The position numbers and the translations under genes are program-made. Of a DNA stretch of 64,000 bases, positions 61,967-64,000 are shown in pieces. The stretch covers positions 477,608 to 541,607 of the forward strand of contig JACJYU010000002.1 in the NCBI GenBank assembly GCA_020635915.1. Direction: 5' to 3'. The DNA comes from Flammeovirgaceae bacterium (lineage in GTDB: Bacteria; Bacteroidota; Bacteroidia; Cytophagales; Cyclobacteriaceae). Within the stretch, counting starts at the first letter, position 1; every line of letters starts with the position of its first letter. The notes beneath the pieces are model-generated. The model was not told the DNA's origin, did not search any database, and was given only the letters and a program-made list of their open reading frames with translations.

Positions 61967-62578
61967 TTACATGGCAATGCCGATGAAAGACTTAAATGCA
62001 ATGCCCATTAACCCTGTAATGATCATCGTGAGCCCCAGCCCACGCAATCCATCCGGCACATTTGAATATTTTAGTTTTTCCCTAATGGCGGCCAGGGCCA
62101 CAATGGCCAGCATCCAGCCCACACCGGAGCCAAAACCAAATACGGTGGCTTCCGCCAGGGTATAATCCCGCTGCACCATAAACAACGCGCCCCCAAGTAT
62201 GGCACAGTTCACGGCTATCAGGGGAAGGAAAATCCCCAGTGACCCATAAAGGGCGGGCGATACCTTCTCCACGATCATCTCCACCAATTGCACCATGGCC
62301 GCTATAATGGCGATGAACATGATAAACTGAAGGAATTCAAGGTTTACGCCTTCAAACTGCGGGCTGATCCACACCAGGGCATTTTCTTTCAATATGTATT
62401 CCTGCACCATCCAGTTGGCAGGAACGATGATCGTCAAAACAAAAATCACAGCTGCCCCAAGGCCCATGGCCGTGGAAACCTTCTTGGATACCGCCAGGTA
62501 CGAACACATGCCCAAAAAATAGGCAAAGATCATGTTCTCTACAAAAATTGATTTTATTCCTATGCTTATCAGTTCCAT
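61967..62578 (-). CDS. nqrE: Na+-translocating NADH:quinone oxidoreductase subunit E
   Basis: 203 aa, six TMs. N-terminus [24 protein letters not shown] is typical of NqrE/RnfA. Confidence 0.92.
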   Translation of the reverse strand: MELISIGIKSIFVENMIFAYFLGMCSYLAVSKKVSTAMGLGAAVIFVLTIIVPANWMVQEYILKENALVWISPQFEGVNLEFLQFIMFIAIIAAMVQLVEMIVEKVSPALYGSLGIFLPLIAVNCAILGGALFMVQRDYTLAEATVFGFGSGVGWMLAIVALAAIREKLKYSNVPDGLRGLGLTMIITGLMGIAFKSFIGIAM

Positions 62579-62597
62579 GGCTGAAATCGTTTACTTG

Positions 62598-63263
62598 TTA
62601 TTGCTCCACATATCCGGACTTGGTGCGTTGTACCCAGATGATAATGGCCAGGATCATAAAGGCACCAATTGAATCCACCATCAGGCCGTTGTTCACATAG
62701 GGAATGCCCAAGGCTTCAAAAACCTTAAAGTTCAATATAGACCCAGACCCTAAAAATTCCCTAAAGAAGGACACGGCCAGGATGATCCACGCATAGCCCA
62801 GCCCACTGCCGAATCCGTCCAAAATCGAATCGTATGGTTTATTGCCCATGGCAAATGCTTCCAGGCGCCCCATCACAATGCAGTTGGTGATGATAAGCCC
62901 TACAAACGCGCCCAACACTTTAAACATCGGATAGTTGTAGGCTTTCAAAAACTCGCTCACCAACGTAACAAATGTGGCCACCACCGCCAATTGCACGATA
63001 ATACGGATACGGTTCGGGATGAAATTCCTTATCAAGGAGATGATCAGGTTGGAGAACACCACGGTAAAAATCACGGCCAACCCCATGATAATGGTCGGCT
63101 CCATTTTAATGGTGATGGCCAGCGCTGAACATATTCCCAATACCTGAACGGTAATCGGGTTTTCTTCATTAAGCGGGTCGGTGACTATTTTCTTGCGCCT
63201 TTTTGACAACAGGGGTTCTGCTGCCTTCTTTACTGCTTTTTGTTCAACTACTTCTGTGCTCAT
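62598..63263 (-). CDS. nqrD: Na+-translocating NADH:quinone oxidoreductase subunit D
   Basis: 221 aa. NPITVQVLGICSALAIT and MGRLEAFA are typical of NqrD/RnfE. Confidence 0.92.
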   Translation of the reverse strand: MSTEVVEQKAVKKAAEPLLSKRRKKIVTDPLNEENPITVQVLGICSALAITIKMEPTIIMGLAVIFTVVFSNLIISLIRNFIPNRIRIIVQLAVVATFVTLVSEFLKAYNYPMFKVLGAFVGLIITNCIVMGRLEAFAMGNKPYDSILDGFGSGLGYAWIILAVSFFREFLGSGSILNFKVFEALGIPYVNNGLMVDSIGAFMILAIIIWVQRTKSGYVEQ

Positions 63264-63274
63264 ATACTTGCCTG

Positions 63275-64000
63275 TTAAAGCCCTGCCACTTGTTGTGACT
63301 TTACTTTCTCAAAATACGATTCATAGCAATCCAAATAACTTTTTAGCATCTTGTTCACCCCATTTCCCGTCATGGTGGCACCGGACATGCCGTCCACATG
63401 GTGGCTGTCCAACGGCAACCCTTTCTCGCCCTTCACCATTTCAACGGAAACAAGGTTGCCCTTGTCGTCATATATCTTCTTGCCCACAAACCGCTCGCTC
63501 ACCACCGGGTCATCGGCAATGCGTGCGCCCAGCCCCGGGGTTTCGGCCTTATGTCCAAAGGATACCCCCTTTACCGTCTCCAGTTTATTGTCCAAAGCGA
63601 TAAAGCCCCATATCTTGTCCCACAAGCCATTTCCGTACACGGGCAAAATGTAAGCATCAATTTTGCTGGAGTCTTGTTCGTCCATATATTTAAACACCGG
63701 GAACAACCTGTCCTCAGGCTTCAGTTTATAATTTTTGGCCACATCCACTTTCTCGGCCACCAAGGGCTGCCCTTTGGCATCGGTCTTTACCTCCTCGCCT
63801 TTGTAGTTTACGACCAGGCTTTTGATGCGCTTGTCATAAATGCCGAGCACGTCATCTTTTTTCGTAATCGTCATCACCGCCCCCAATATCTGGGATTTGG
63901 TATCATACTCAATGGACAAAGCCTGGCGTGGGCCCAGCAATAGGGAAGTGACCGCCAGAACCCCCCCTACAAAAAAGGTAGTGATGAGGGTGAACCCAAT
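63275..64000 (-). CDS. nqrC: Na+-translocating NADH:quinone oxidoreductase subunit C (5' end beyond the window)
   Basis: FMN-attachment motif HVDGMSGATMTGNGV (SGAT). The reading frame stays open through 63941-64000 (IGFTLITTFFVGGVLAVTSL, the N-terminal TM), so the gene is truncated by the window edge. The ORF-track start at 63940 is an internal TTG. Confidence 0.88.
   Translation of the reverse strand: MGFTLITTFFVGGVLAVTSLLLGPRQALSIEYDTKSQILGAVMTITKKDDVLGIYDKRIKSLVVNYKGEEVKTDAKGQPLVAEKVDVAKNYKLKPEDRLFPVFKYMDEQDSSKIDAYILPVYGNGLWDKIWGFIALDNKLETVKGVSFGHKAETPGLGARIADDPVVSERFVGKKIYDDKGNLVSVEMVKGEKGLPLDSHHVDGMSGATMTGNGVNKMLKSYLDCYESYFEKVKSQQVAGL

Noticed and set aside
1-64000. Mobile elements, prophage, defence islands, toxin-antitoxin pairs, or a novel multi-gene protein system.
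   Set aside because: Apart from about four poorly characterised single genes or pairs, every ORF of meaningful length was assigned to a housekeeping or conserved-domain family (some are DUF families of unknown function). I saw no integrase, transposase or recombinase, no flanking direct repeats or tRNA targets, and no obvious compositional break by eye.

Overview
This 64-kb window looks like core chromosome from a member of Bacteroidota, possibly Cytophagales-like. That placement is an inference from gene content: an lpxC-fabZ fusion, porX, DUF1573/DUF4296/DUF3822-type genes, a dcw cluster without murF or ddl, and TTTG-N19-TAnnTTTG promoters. GC content looks roughly balanced by eye but was not computed.

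I call about 60 tightly packed protein genes. Many have 1-10 nt start/stop overlaps.
- Central metabolism and translation: pdhB, fahA, valS, ald, tsaE, coaD, pyrE, mnmA.
- Lipid A and LPS: HD-domain gene, lpxD, lpxC-fabZ, lpxA, and kdsB.
- Complete division/cell-wall cluster on the minus strand: mraZ-rsmH-ftsL-ftsI-murE-mraY-murD-ftsW-murG-murC-ftsQ-ftsA-ftsZ.
- Other: mutS2, a partial Bat-type module, GH3-LysE, a TonB-dependent receptor behind a CoA-transferase, and nqrC (5' end truncated by the window edge), nqrD and nqrE.

I found no rRNA, tRNA, CRISPR array, transposase, integrase, phage gene or recognisable defence gene. I do not see a convincing novel multi-gene protein system.

The most interesting signals are non-coding or repeat-based:
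1. An 806-bp gene-free island between kdsB and ftsZ, built from nested inverted hairpin repeats (REP/BIME-like).
2. A perfect 14-nt inverted repeat bracketing the ftsZ CDS, and a related TTAGTGGTT motif family in dcw spacers.
3. A clean three-box, 10-bp-phased AAAGTG[T/G] array abutting the -33 element of the mraZ promoter.
4. A secreted protein built from 30-nt tandem repeats that differ only at synonymous sites.
5. nqr genes ending at nqrE with an intrinsic terminator and no nqrF.

All functional calls come from reading the translated ORFs and recalling family motifs. No database search was run.
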